DNA of 60,430 nucleotides. Origin: a virus. Taxonomy: Duplodnaviria > Caudoviricetes. Below are positions 19,260 to 28,747 of the stretch, in pieces. Every line of letters begins with the position of its first letter. Within the stretch, counting starts at the first letter, position 1. Both the position numbers and the translations under genes were made by a program. Under the pieces are notes generated by a model, which searched no databases, was not told the DNA's origin, and worked only from the letters and a program-made list of their open reading frames with translations. Where the stretch lies: positions 1 through 60,430 of the IMG/VR virus record IMGVR_UViG_3300009151_000080; one strand, 5' to 3'.

Positions 19260-21416
19260 TTAAAGATTTTTGAATCTTTCCATAATAGAAGTCATTTCCT
19301 TATCAGAGAGTTTATCTTCTTGAATAAGAGCTTCATGAGCAACTAATTTCTTAGAAACTGATTCGTTTTTCTTGAGACTTCTTGTTAACCAGAAATGTTC
19401 AACTTTTGATTCTGTTGTAAGATCTGAGTACAATCTAGCTTGTGATAAGATAGACTTCTTTGAAGACTCATTTAATTGTTTCCAGATTGGCTTAATGTTT
19501 TCAGGCATCAATCTGATTAGTCTTTCTTCAAGACCTTCGTTTTTAGTTGATAACGCTTCGTTGATAAGTTTTAAAACTTCAGAACTTGTAAAGTAGCTTC
19601 TTTCGTTTATGTAAAGTTTTACTTGTTCTTGCTCTTCGTTAGTTAAGCTGTAATAGCTATCTACTTGAGACTTGTTTAAGAACTTTAAGAAGTGTAGATC
19701 ATTTGTTTCAGAAACCTTACGTTTTTTAGCTTCTGCAATAAGTTTATCTATTTGTTTTGATAATTCGGTATCAGAGTTACCTTCGAATTCCTGAGTCATT
19801 TCTTCCTCTTCGTGGCCCATACCCTCTTCTTCTTCATGAGGCATCATTTCTTCTTCTTCTTCGTGTGGCATAGTTTCTTCTTCTTCATGTCCCATCATTT
19901 CGTGTGGCATCATTCCTTCTTCTTCTTCATGACCCATCATTTCGTGTGGCATCATTTCTTCTTCATGACCCATCATTTCTTCTTCAGAAGCTTCTTCAAA
20001 ACCGAACTCTTCAAGTGTTGGTAATAACTTACCTTTACCCTTGTTTTCATTTAATTTAGTACCGTTAAGTTTTTCAGAAATCATACCTGCGTAAGAAACT
20101 GTTTTGTCAAGATTTTCTGCGATATATTCAGAATAAGCAATATTGTCATCTAAGTGTTCAGCAATGTATTCAGAGTAAGCGATGTTACCTTCAACATGTT
20201 CTGCTAAGTATTCAGAATAAGCAATAGAGTTATCCAAATGTTCTGCTAAGTACTCACCATAAGAAATGTTCTTATCTAAGTTTTCAGCGATATACTCAGA
20301 ATAAGCAATGTTCTTATCTAAGTTTTCAGCTAAGTATTCAGAATAAGAGATGTTCTTATCTAAGTTTTCAGCTAAGTACTCAGAATAAGTAATATTCTTA
20401 TCCAAGTTTTCAGCTAAGTACTCAGAATAAGTAATATTCTTATCCAAGTTTTCAGCGATATACTCAGAGTAAGTGATGTTCTTATCTAGGTTTTCAGCTA
20501 AGTACTCACCGTAGTTGATAGCTTTTTCAAGGTTTTCAGCTAGGTAGTCATTGTGAGAAATAAGTTTATCAGCAGTAGTTCTTAATGATTTGTTCTCATT
20601 AACTACAATCTGAACCTTATCAGCTAAGTAGTCTAAGTACTTAACGATCTGTGTGTTAGTCTTGTTGAGGTCTTCATAATACTCAAGAAGTTGTTCTAAC
20701 TTTTTCGGATTGATGTTACCTGTTTTTAAAGCAGATTTAACATCCTTCTTAGTTGTTGCAATCTCTTTAATGAGATATTTAGAATAGTCAGTTAACTGCT
20801 GCTTGGTAACGAATTCATTCTTGTTCATGTTGAATAGTTCGTTTATTTTTGACTCGTCGGACATTTCATATATCCTATAGTTAGTTTCCTTTGTAATTGG
20901 GCGACCAAGAGACTCATTGATAGAGTGCATTCTAGCAGAAGCAAAACCAGGATCAGCAACTATGTCATATGTAAACAATTTCTTTAGAGTTACTGTACCA
21001 TCATTTTCTGTGATACCAGCCGCTCTAGAAGAAACGAATACAGGACATCCGTCATCGACTAATGTTCTTGCCTCTTTACCCCAATATGTATTAAGCAATT
21101 TGATCTGCCCGTCAACACGATTAGACTCCTTGATAAAAGAAGCCTTCTTGATAATGTGTGATGCACGTGATAATGAAGTATCAAATACATCTGGGTGATC
21201 GAATTCGCCATAAACAACTCCAAAATCAGATATACGTTGGTTCAATTCTTCTAAGCATGGTAAAAACTTATCTGCAGTATATATTCTTTCGTTACGGTTT
21301 TTTACACCGAACTCAGTAAATACACCACCCAATAAGTATTCCTTCTTAGAACCTGATCCAACAATATTCTCCACGAGTGGTTTAGTGTTGTTTTCTACGA
21401 TTAAAATTGGTTTCAT
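19260..21416 (-). CDS. Prohead protease (T4 gp21-like) fused to a scaffold/core region
   Basis: KNRNERIY, GEFDHP, VSSRAAG, DIVADPGF catalytic motifs, followed by coiled and repeat region. Confidence 0.88.
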   Translation of the reverse strand: MKPILIVENNTKPLVENIVGSGSKKEYLLGGVFTEFGVKNRNERIYTADKFLPCLEELNQRISDFGVVYGEFDHPDVFDTSLSRASHIIKKASFIKESNRVDGQIKLLNTYWGKEARTLVDDGCPVFVSSRAAGITENDGTVTLKKLFTYDIVADPGFASARMHSINESLGRPITKETNYRIYEMSDESKINELFNMNKNEFVTKQQLTDYSKYLIKEIATTKKDVKSALKTGNINPKKLEQLLEYYEDLNKTNTQIVKYLDYLADKVQIVVNENKSLRTTADKLISHNDYLAENLEKAINYGEYLAENLDKNITYSEYIAENLDKNITYSEYLAENLDKNITYSEYLAENLDKNISYSEYLAENLDKNIAYSEYIAENLDKNISYGEYLAEHLDNSIAYSEYLAEHVEGNIAYSEYIAEHLDDNIAYSEYIAENLDKTVSYAGMISEKLNGTKLNENKGKGKLLPTLEEFGFEEASEEEMMGHEEEMMPHEMMGHEEEEGMMPHEMMGHEEEETMPHEEEEEMMPHEEEEGMGHEEEEMTQEFEGNSDTELSKQIDKLIAEAKKRKVSETNDLHFLKFLNKSQVDSYYSLTNEEQEQVKLYINERSYFTSSEVLKLINEALSTKNEGLEERLIRLMPENIKPIWKQLNESSKKSILSQARLYSDLTTESKVEHFWLTRSLKKNESVSKKLVAHEALIQEDKLSDKEMTSIMERFKNL
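20088..20549 (-). repeat. 11 tandem 42-bp (14 aa) coding repeats EY[LI]AENLDKNI[STA]YS
   Basis: Counted in the translation and visible in the DNA. Confidence 0.9.
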
Positions 21417-21530
21417 CGAGTTATGTTATTTTTTGTACCTCTATATATTGGACTTAATAAATCCCATTTTTTCTAGGGGGATTTTTTATAGATAGTCTTA
21501 AAACTTTATCTGGTGAGACATGTATAACAT

Positions 21531-21953
21531 GTGATGACTTTAGAATTGGAAATAGTATCAAATGACTTAAACATAAGAAAGGCGGTGGTTTCATTCACAC
21601 AGAGAAGGTGTATCACATCATATAGAGACATCGCTCTTGATTTCCTAATAGATGAAAATAATACTTCACTTGAAAAGATATTGGTAGAGTCATCTCCAGA
21701 TAATCCTATAATTGGATGTACATATCAATCATCATTTAGAAATCAAGTCTCATTAAAAGATGTGTCTCACGTAATACAATCAATAAGAATAAGTGAAAAT
21801 AATATATACGCTATGGTTAAAATACTAGATACACCATCTGGAAGAATGTTGAAGGAGTTAACATCAGATCAAATGGTACTTAAACCAGTATATCAAAGTG
21901 ATGGACTTATTTCAACATTTGATATAGACTTTATAAATAATCAAGCAGCATGA
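21531..21953 (+). CDS. gp21 prohead-protease-like domain lacking catalytic His/Ser
   Basis: VSLKDVSHVIQSI...VKILDTPSGRMLKEL matches the gp21 core; no GE.DHP or SSR motifs. Confidence 0.5.
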   Translation: MMTLELEIVSNDLNIRKAVVSFTQRRCITSYRDIALDFLIDENNTSLEKILVESSPDNPIIGCTYQSSFRNQVSLKDVSHVIQSIRISENNIYAMVKILDTPSGRMLKELTSDQMVLKPVYQSDGLISTFDIDFINNQAA

Positions 21954-22369
21954 TACTTACTAGGGAAATAATAGTTAAAATAAATGAATCCAACTTCTCA
22001 TATTATGAGGAGCTTGGATATGATGTTGCAATTGGTGAAGCATTGATAATACCAATAGAACTATTATCAGCTGGTAGTAGGTATAAGATTGATTGTAAAT
22101 GTGATAAATGTGGAATTGTAAAGGAAGTTATATTTAGAAACTATGTTAAATATGATAATAGATGGGGAGAGTACTTCTGTAGAAAATGTTCTGAATATAA
22201 AAGAAAGAAAACTTTAATAGAAAACTATGGAGTTGAATATCCCATTCAGAATAAAGAAATAAAGAAAAGAATAAAAGAAACAATGATTGAAAAGTTTGGA
22301 GTTGATAACCCAACCAAGTCAAAGGAGATAATAGAAAGAAGAGAAATAAATAAAAAAAGTCCCAAATGA
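21950..22369 (+). CDS. Zn-ribbon / homing-endonuclease-associated protein (no nuclease domain seen)
   Basis: IPIELL..GS..KI...CDKC...CRKC and ENYGVEYP/EKFGVDNP repeats, like the N-terminus of 32664..33590. Confidence 0.55.
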   Translation: MILTREIIVKINESNFSYYEELGYDVAIGEALIIPIELLSAGSRYKIDCKCDKCGIVKEVIFRNYVKYDNRWGEYFCRKCSEYKRKKTLIENYGVEYPIQNKEIKKRIKETMIEKFGVDNPTKSKEIIERREINKKSPK

Positions 22370-22382
22370 TTGGGACTTTTTT
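22352..22382. terminator. Bidirectional terminator
   Basis: aaaagtcccaa/ttgggactttt. Confidence 0.75.
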
Positions 22383-22383
22383 A

Positions 22384-24132
22384 TTAGAATTCAAATTCAG
22401 CGGCTCCAGGAGCTTCAGGAGGAGCACCACCTTCAGGAGCACCACCTTCAGGAGGAGCACCACCTTCAGGAGGAGTTGCTTCACCACCCATTTCACCACC
22501 TGGTATCTCACCACCTGGCATTTCACCCCCAGCTTCGCCACCTGGCATTTCACCACCTTCACCACCACCTTCACCACCACCTTCACCAGCGGCACCAGCA
22601 CCGGATTTACTAGCCTTAACCCAGTATGCTTTGTTTTCCTCTTTCTCTTCAGGAGTCAGCTTCATAACCTTATCAATTAAATAATCAATGTGGAAGTAAG
22701 GTTGTCCCTCAGCTGATTGAATACCTAGTAGAGTTCCTAGAATACCCGCTCTTTTTTCCATATTACCCAGTTTCTTAAACTCTTCAAATAACTGATTAGA
22801 GTGGAACTGTATATCAATTTGATTAAGAAATACTTCATCATCCATAAGTTCAGGAAACTCGATACACATTTGAAGTTTTAGTGGTTTAACAATCAGTTCC
22901 TTGTAGTTAGCTCTTAATCTATTTACGAAGTTATTGAACTTAATCTCATCCTTTGTAAACTCATTTGCTTCAATAAACATATTACCACCACCATTGTCAT
23001 GGTCAAAACGTTGTAGTGGTATTTTTGAAGCTCTTTTAAGTATCTTAAAGAAGTAACTTAACATTATATCCTCATTAAGATCGTGTCCTTGTGGAGATAT
23101 AATTTCTAAGTTAGGTGTACCAGCATCACCATCTGGGAACCACACTTGTTTATTATACGGTAGGTGTTTTTGACCATTGATTGTTACAGTACCCAATGTA
23201 TCATCCCAAGTTATTTCCTCGGAATAATCAGCTATTAACTGACCAATTTGTTCTTCAGCACGTTGTCTTGGTAAACCCTTAATAGGTATAGTAAATTTTT
23301 GATAAAGAGTAGCGTTAATAATGTTAAACATTATTTTAGTTTGCTCAAGAATTTTTAATTGGTTATATGGTTTAATTAAACCTTCAACATAAGAAGTTTC
23401 GGTATAATCATTTTGAGTTGAATATGATATGAATATTATTTGGGAATCTAAAAATATTCTTCTAAGTTGTGGATCTTCAGGGAACTGTATCCATAAATTA
23501 CCTATCGCTGGTTCATAAGCTGGAACTAGTGTATGAGGCATTAGCTTGTTGAAGTGTATGATGTTTTTCTTTTTATCATCCCAGACTATTTCCATTGCTA
23601 TGTAACCATCAATTAGAAAGTCACGCATATAGTTATATGCGGTTATACTATCATTGAATCCATATCTATTATAAATCTTCTCAAAGAATTCTTGATACTT
23701 ATCTTTTATATCTTGTGAGTAATCATTTGAAAGTGGTTTAGGAGAACAGAAGTCTTTCTCATCGGCATGCGTTATTGCTTCTTCAGCAACCGTTGATACG
23801 AAGTCCCTAATCTCATCCTTGATAGAATACTCTCTTAGTATTCTTCTTTTATCAGCATAAGATTTATCTAGATAAGGAACTGATTTTCTATTCAAAACAG
23901 ATGCGACTGCCTTTTGAGAGAAGAAATCGTACATTGAATTATTCTTCTGTGAGTAAGGGTCTTCATTGATACCGACACCGACTGTGTTTCTCATGATCAT
24001 ATCATCATATTTCATTCCGAATGATGATAGATTTCTTAATATTTTAGAAAATAAACCTTTATTCTCCACAGCGGAAGACACAAGGTTTGTACTTTGATTT
24101 TGTTGATTTAAAGGGTTATATGAACCGGCCAT
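22384..24132 (-). CDS. Portal protein (T4 gp20-like) with G/E/P-rich tail
   Basis: FLIDG, LIKPYNQLKILE, LPRQRAE, ASKIP..RF, KDEIKF..FV.RLR motifs; head module context. Confidence 0.88.
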   Translation of the reverse strand: MAGSYNPLNQQNQSTNLVSSAVENKGLFSKILRNLSSFGMKYDDMIMRNTVGVGINEDPYSQKNNSMYDFFSQKAVASVLNRKSVPYLDKSYADKRRILREYSIKDEIRDFVSTVAEEAITHADEKDFCSPKPLSNDYSQDIKDKYQEFFEKIYNRYGFNDSITAYNYMRDFLIDGYIAMEIVWDDKKKNIIHFNKLMPHTLVPAYEPAIGNLWIQFPEDPQLRRIFLDSQIIFISYSTQNDYTETSYVEGLIKPYNQLKILEQTKIMFNIINATLYQKFTIPIKGLPRQRAEEQIGQLIADYSEEITWDDTLGTVTINGQKHLPYNKQVWFPDGDAGTPNLEIISPQGHDLNEDIMLSYFFKILKRASKIPLQRFDHDNGGGNMFIEANEFTKDEIKFNNFVNRLRANYKELIVKPLKLQMCIEFPELMDDEVFLNQIDIQFHSNQLFEEFKKLGNMEKRAGILGTLLGIQSAEGQPYFHIDYLIDKVMKLTPEEKEENKAYWVKASKSGAGAAGEGGGEGGGEGGEMPGGEAGGEMPGGEIPGGEMGGEATPPEGGAPPEGGAPEGGAPPEAPGAAEFEF

Positions 24133-24188
24133 ATATTTTTTTGATTTTTTTTATATATAAAAGAGTGGAGTTTCTCTTAAAACGAGTA

Positions 24189-24878
24189 CTATCCGTACTT
24201 TTCAACACTTCGTTGAATTCTTTGTATATGATCCTTTAAAACACTATAGTTTTCTAAAATCTCATCTGAAGCTTGGTAGAAATCTTTTATTAGAGATTTA
24301 CTCATCTCTTGGTCTCTTTCACGTCTGGTCTTGATCTTAGCTGCCCATATTTCATATAATTTCTTGAAATCATATTTATTCTTGGGATGTCCAGAATATA
24401 AGAACCGAGGGACCACCTCCATATTTATCTTATGTACTAACTCAACTTGGGATAGATTATATTCAACTAAAGCATACTCGAATCCATATTTAAGAAGTTC
24501 CCTATATATACCTTCATATGTTACTGGTAATAATGAATCTCTTTCAAAATCTTCTTCTTTGATATAGCTATCAAATATAGATACTCTTACTTCAAGGGGA
24601 ATGAAATTAAAATTTACACCCATGATAATAATCATATCTCCAAACTTTTTGAAATCAGCTGTGAATATTGGTGAGTATTTCATCCAGTTAGAATCATCTC
24701 TGTAATGTAAATGATAAAAGCCACCAATCTGCATCTTACCAACTGGCATACTTGTTACTTCTTTATCTGACTTCTGAAACTTATTATAGAAATAAAGGGA
24801 GTTATTCTTATAGTTATCGACTATACCATTCCCATAAACCAGATTGCTTAATTTTACATGTTCTAATAGATCACCCAT
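24189..24878 (-). CDS. DNA end protector protein (T4 gp2-like)
   Basis: G.FY...Y...YSPIF...MGVNFNFIP...R pattern; adjacent to gp4-like gene as in T4-like phages. Confidence 0.55.
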   Translation of the reverse strand: MGDLLEHVKLSNLVYGNGIVDNYKNNSLYFYNKFQKSDKEVTSMPVGKMQIGGFYHLHYRDDSNWMKYSPIFTADFKKFGDMIIIMGVNFNFIPLEVRVSIFDSYIKEEDFERDSLLPVTYEGIYRELLKYGFEYALVEYNLSQVELVHKINMEVVPRFLYSGHPKNKYDFKKLYEIWAAKIKTRRERDQEMSKSLIKDFYQASDEILENYSVLKDHIQRIQRSVEKYG

Positions 24879-24922
24879 GAAGACGTGTTATTTATGAATA
24901 TATATTAAAAAATAAATAACAT

Positions 24923-25429
24923 ATGTTAAACAGCGCACCAAAACAACCAGGTAAGTATAAACAAGGACTTTATATACCAAAGAATAAGGATAAGGTGATA
25001 AAACTAAATAGTCAGGGTGGATTATTTTACAGGTCCGGACTCGAACAGAAAATGATGGTTTATTTTGACAATAATGAGAATATAATCAATTGGGGGGCAG
25101 AACATCTTAGAATACCATACACAAAGACTGAATGGGTAAGTGAGTCTCAAGAATTTAAGACAACCGAACATACCTATTACCCAGACTTTTATTATGAGTT
25201 AAAAAGATCAAATGGAACGATATCAAAGGTAATAGCTGAAGTTAAGCCTAAGTCAGAGACAATGGAACCAAAGATACCAGCAACTCCAACATCAAAACAA
25301 CTGAAAAACTTTGAGTATGCTCTTAAAATGTATAATAAGAACCTAAGTAAGTGGACTTACATGATTGAGTATTGTGAAAAGAAAGGATTTGAGTTTATTA
25401 TTATTACGGAAGAGCTTTTAGGAAGATAA
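24923..25429 (+). CDS. Head completion nuclease (T4 gp4 / TnsA N-terminal-like)
   Basis: YKQG.Y.PKN..K, YRS.LE, WGAE..IPY, YYPDF, EVKP. Confidence 0.8.
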   Translation: MLNSAPKQPGKYKQGLYIPKNKDKVIKLNSQGGLFYRSGLEQKMMVYFDNNENIINWGAEHLRIPYTKTEWVSESQEFKTTEHTYYPDFYYELKRSNGTISKVIAEVKPKSETMEPKIPATPTSKQLKNFEYALKMYNKNLSKWTYMIEYCEKKGFEFIIITEELLGR

Positions 25430-25751
25430 ACCCTAATAAAAATATTGTTGATATAAGACTCAATATATCATATAAGTTTATTATAAGAGACTTTTTAGTT
25501 CCTAAAATTAGAAACTTGGATAATCCAAATGTGATAATAATCCAGAAGTATGGACTAAGATGGGTATATAACGCACCAATTATAATCCATATTAGATAAC
25601 AAATTTTCACATAGTAAAAGGATAGGTACTTTATCGGTTTATTACTGTCAACCGGTTTAAAATAAAAGGTGGATCTGTTTGAGATTTGATAAATCTCAAA
25701 CAGAATAAAAAATAAAGGAAGCCACCAAAATATACTAGTTAGATAACTCAT
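25404..25751 (-). CDS. Small multi-pass membrane protein
   Basis: 115 aa with 3-4 hydrophobic segments. Confidence 0.6.
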   Translation of the reverse strand: MSYLTSIFWWLPLFFILFEIYQISNRSTFYFKPVDSNKPIKYLSFYYVKICYLIWIIIGALYTHLSPYFWIIITFGLSKFLILGTKKSLIINLYDILSLISTIFLLGFIFLKALP

Positions 25752-26046
25752 CTTGTGATATAATATTTATTTCTTGTAACTTTCTACAGTTAGAAAGTGA
25801 AATCTGAGAAAGTCTCAAACTACCATTATCAATTTCATTGTATAAAGTTTCGCTTACTAATGCGGTTATTACACTACCACACGTTCTGTCATATTCATGG
25901 GGAACATTTTCAGGATCCCTATCTGAGTATATACTACTCACGTATTTATTATGATCCACCATTGTTACGTGTAGGGAGCAACCATCTGGTCTAACACCCC
26001 ATCCTCTTTCTGACTCTTCCCAATATTGTAGAAATACTTTCTTCAT
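25735..26046 (-). CDS. Hypothetical phage protein (WEESERGWGVRPDG motif)
   Basis: Start moved to ATG 26046; TATATTTG box at 26081-26088. Confidence 0.65.
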   Translation of the reverse strand: MKKVFLQYWEESERGWGVRPDGCSLHVTMVDHNKYVSSIYSDRDPENVPHEYDRTCGSVITALVSETLYNEIDNGSLRLSQISLSNCRKLQEINIISQDELSN

Positions 26047-26146
26047 ACTTATATTATTTAATAAAACCTTTTTTGTTTCACAAATATAATGTAAAAATCT
26101 AAAATAACTATAAGTCAGATAAAAAGAAAGCAGAAACATCATAAAT

Positions 26147-26171
26147 AAAAACCTCTCAATTGAGAGGTTTT
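26147..26171 (-). terminator. Terminator after the sigma-like gene
   Basis: aaaacctctca/tgagaggtttt. Confidence 0.75.
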
Positions 26172-26175
26172 ATTT

Positions 26176-26541
26176 TTAGAGTGAGTGAAGACCCATTCCA
26201 TCATTTGATGATTCAATACTGATTAACTTAATCAAGTGTTCGTTATCACCTTTTTTCTTATAAAGGTCGTTGAAACCTTTAGCTAGACCTCTTTTGAATA
26301 CTTCGGTGAAGTAAGCAAATGCGTTGTCTGATTTCTCTTCGTTGAAATTGTGCCAGTTGGAAAACATATCTAGTAAACCAGATTGATAACAATCCATTCT
26401 GTCATCGTTATTATAGTATCTCATCTTTTTGATGGTTCTTTTAGCTAAGATCTCTAACATTAATTTAGATTTGTTTGTTAGTTTTCCTTGAGCTTTTGAT
26501 ACAATAATTTCTACGTATAAGTCTTTGTTGTGTAAATAGAT
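26176..26541 (-). CDS. Late-transcription sigma factor (T4 gp55-like); N-terminus extends upstream of the first ATG
   Basis: NFNEEKSDNAFAYFT motif; in-frame upstream IYLHNKDLYVEIIVSKAQGKLT resembles the gp55 Y.NNK.. N-terminus. Confidence 0.65.
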   Translation of the reverse strand: MYLHNKDLYVEIIVSKAQGKLTNKSKLMLEILAKRTIKKMRYYNNDDRMDCYQSGLLDMFSNWHNFNEEKSDNAFAYFTEVFKRGLAKGFNDLYKKKGDNEHLIKLISIESSNDGMGLHSL

Positions 26542-26558
26542 AAGCGTTCGATTATTTT

Positions 26559-26840
26559 TTATAGGAAGAACATAAACCCCCTCCTTGACGCTTTCATGTT
26601 ATATGCAAGATTTGTAATTTGTTTACTATTTACACCAGTAAATTTAACAGCGTCTTTTAGTTTATCAAAAAATATTCATTTTTATCAGAGTCTACCAACT
26701 TTAACACTCTCACTATTACTTTGATTCCTTCTATCGATTGCCTCCTGTGGTATTTTTTTCCCCTTTTTTATTTCCGAAAGTTTTCTTCTGTGTTCATCAG
26801 AAAATTTCATACCAATTCTAGATTCTGATAACTTTTTCCC
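26559..26840 (-). pseudogene. Frameshifted C-terminal remnant of a homing endonuclease (NUMOD3 + NUMOD1-like)
   Basis: KKLSESRIGMKFSDEHRRKLSEIKKGKK, then after frameshifts FDKLKDAVKFTGVNSKQITNLAYNMKASRRGFMFFL*. Confidence 0.6.
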
Positions 26841-26843
26841 ATA

Positions 26844-27239
26844 TTAAAGATCCTTTTCTGTCATGCCTAATTGAGAAAGCATTTCTTGTAAATCACCTGG
26901 TTTACAAGGTTTATCATTTTGATCCACACAGTGTTTTACAACCCCATCACAACTTACAACACCAAGTACCTTACACGGAGTAACAGAGCAATCAGATATA
27001 ACAGAGAATCTACAACCTGGCTTAACATACATACTAAAGTGTCTCCCACTTTCCTTATATTTTGGTAACAGTGACCATTTAACATTATTGAATATATCGG
27101 GGTTGGCTTTTACATATCCTGAAAATTCTTCAAATGTTTCAAAGCTTTCACATTTAACATCTCCTTTAGGAGATTCTTCGATTCCATCTTCATGTGGAAA
27201 AGAGTAGAAGAACTCATTAAACTTTCTAATTTTTTTCAT
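26844..27239 (-). CDS. Cys-rich hypothetical protein with MKKIRKFNE leader
   Basis: 131 aa ORF, AATATATAC upstream. Confidence 0.65.
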   Translation of the reverse strand: MKKIRKFNEFFYSFPHEDGIEESPKGDVKCESFETFEEFSGYVKANPDIFNNVKWSLLPKYKESGRHFSMYVKPGCRFSVISDCSVTPCKVLGVVSCDGVVKHCVDQNDKPCKPGDLQEMLSQLGMTEKDL

Positions 27240-27271
27240 ACTAGTATTTATTTTTTAATAATGTATATATT

Positions 27272-27304
27272 AAAAAAAAACCTCAGAATTTCTTCTGAGG
27301 TTTT
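27272..27304. terminator. Intrinsic terminator
   Basis: aaaacctcagaa/ttctgaggtttt. Confidence 0.75.
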
Positions 27305-27322
27305 GTATTTTTATTTCTGTTA

Positions 27323-28606
27323 TTAACCTTTAATTCTTTCCTTGTATTGAAGTTGCTTAACAGCTTGTAATTCCGAGTCAAGATTTTCTTTTCTCTTAGT
27401 TAAGTTACTTAAAGCTACATTAAGTGCCTTTGATTCACCGATATATTTGATTGATGATTCTACTTTTTGAATGTTAAAATCTACGTCTTCTAATTTCAAT
27501 GTGATTTCTCTTTCCTTATCTTCTAATTTTCTCTTAGTAATTAATTCTTTACCCATTTTATTTTCATAGAAGAATGTTAAGTCATAGTTTAATTCATTTC
27601 TAACTTCATTTACTAACTCAAGTGCCGATTCATATTTAAAGAATGAATTGCCGTATCTTTCATCACAACGATATAAATATGTAGCATTTTTATAGTTGAA
27701 TGCAAAAACTTCAAGATATGGATTAATCAAGTTAGAAACTCTTTTAACCACATCCATTTCAACAAATTTATTTAAGTTATTTGATGTTTCAAGTAAAACC
27801 GGGTAGAAGTTCTTATTCACGATAGGAATAATAGGTGATGTAAATAAACTCTCAAGTGTAGTTTCTTTATTCATCTCATCATCATTGATAAAGATAACAC
27901 CTTTCTTATTTACAGCTAAACCGATTGTTAAGTTTTCAGATATTCTGAAGTTAACTCTATCTTCATAGATAGTTGCGAACTGCATACCAGTTTGAAGATT
28001 TCTCAATGTAGCTAATTTTTCATTATCAGTTACATATGTTTCAAGAAGAACCTTTTCTATATTATTCTCAGAAAGTAAGAACCAAGAATCTCTAACTAAA
28101 CAAATATAACCTTCTTCAACTTGCTCCACAATAGTGTATATTGATTCTGATTTACCACCAGAAAGAAGATTTGTTCTTTGTTGAGGAGACTTAGTTAAGT
28201 TATGAACAAACAATTTAATTTCTGGAACCCAGTCATAAATTGCTAACTCATTTAAAACCTTTGACATTCTATCTTGATCTGTCTCAAGATTGATAGTTTG
28301 AAGAAGAACATTGATAGGTTGTCTATAAATCTCTCCTTGGTTTTGGCTATTGAGAACATTGTATAAGTGCTTAAGCTCATAAACAAGCTGATATTCAGCC
28401 ATGTCATTATTAAGCGACTCTAATAAACCTTTAATACTCTTATCAAAGGTGTATGATTTTAGTTTCTCATTTAATGAATTAACTATTTGCTTCTCTGATA
28501 AGTCATTACAAGCATTTATATGTCCTTCAAGTATTACAGAAATATCTTCTTGATCCAAAGATAAATTTTTTCTAAAGTTGAATAACTCTAATTTGAGATT
28601 CTTCAT
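27323..28606 (-). CDS. Hypothetical late protein with C-terminal coiled coil (possibly head-related)
   Basis: 427 aa ORF, AATATATAC upstream, several [LI]xE sites. Confidence 0.65.
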   Translation of the reverse strand: MKNLKLELFNFRKNLSLDQEDISVILEGHINACNDLSEKQIVNSLNEKLKSYTFDKSIKGLLESLNNDMAEYQLVYELKHLYNVLNSQNQGEIYRQPINVLLQTINLETDQDRMSKVLNELAIYDWVPEIKLFVHNLTKSPQQRTNLLSGGKSESIYTIVEQVEEGYICLVRDSWFLLSENNIEKVLLETYVTDNEKLATLRNLQTGMQFATIYEDRVNFRISENLTIGLAVNKKGVIFINDDEMNKETTLESLFTSPIIPIVNKNFYPVLLETSNNLNKFVEMDVVKRVSNLINPYLEVFAFNYKNATYLYRCDERYGNSFFKYESALELVNEVRNELNYDLTFFYENKMGKELITKRKLEDKEREITLKLEDVDFNIQKVESSIKYIGESKALNVALSNLTKRKENLDSELQAVKQLQYKERIKG

Positions 28607-28747
28607 AATATCAAACGTTATTTTTTTGTTTCTTAATGTATATATTAGATTCTAAAAGTGTATTTTTTACACTTTTTTTATTTCCTTTCCTATGTTGCAA
28701 ACCATTGCCTAATCTATAAGATGTATATATAAATATTAAAAATAGCA

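Noticed and set aside
20088-20549. 42-bp periodic repeats as a possible CRISPR array
   Set aside because: No unique spacers; units are contiguous, in frame, and vary mostly at codon level inside the protease-scaffold ORF
22146-22680. Track ORFs 22146..22601 and 22366..22680
   Set aside because: Shadow frames of the G/E/P-rich portal tail
26559-26597. uORF MKASRRGFMFFL with AAGGAGG as a regulatory leader of the sigma gene
   Set aside because: It is in frame with the end of the decayed endonuclease, and Shine-Dalgarno use is not evident elsewhere in the window
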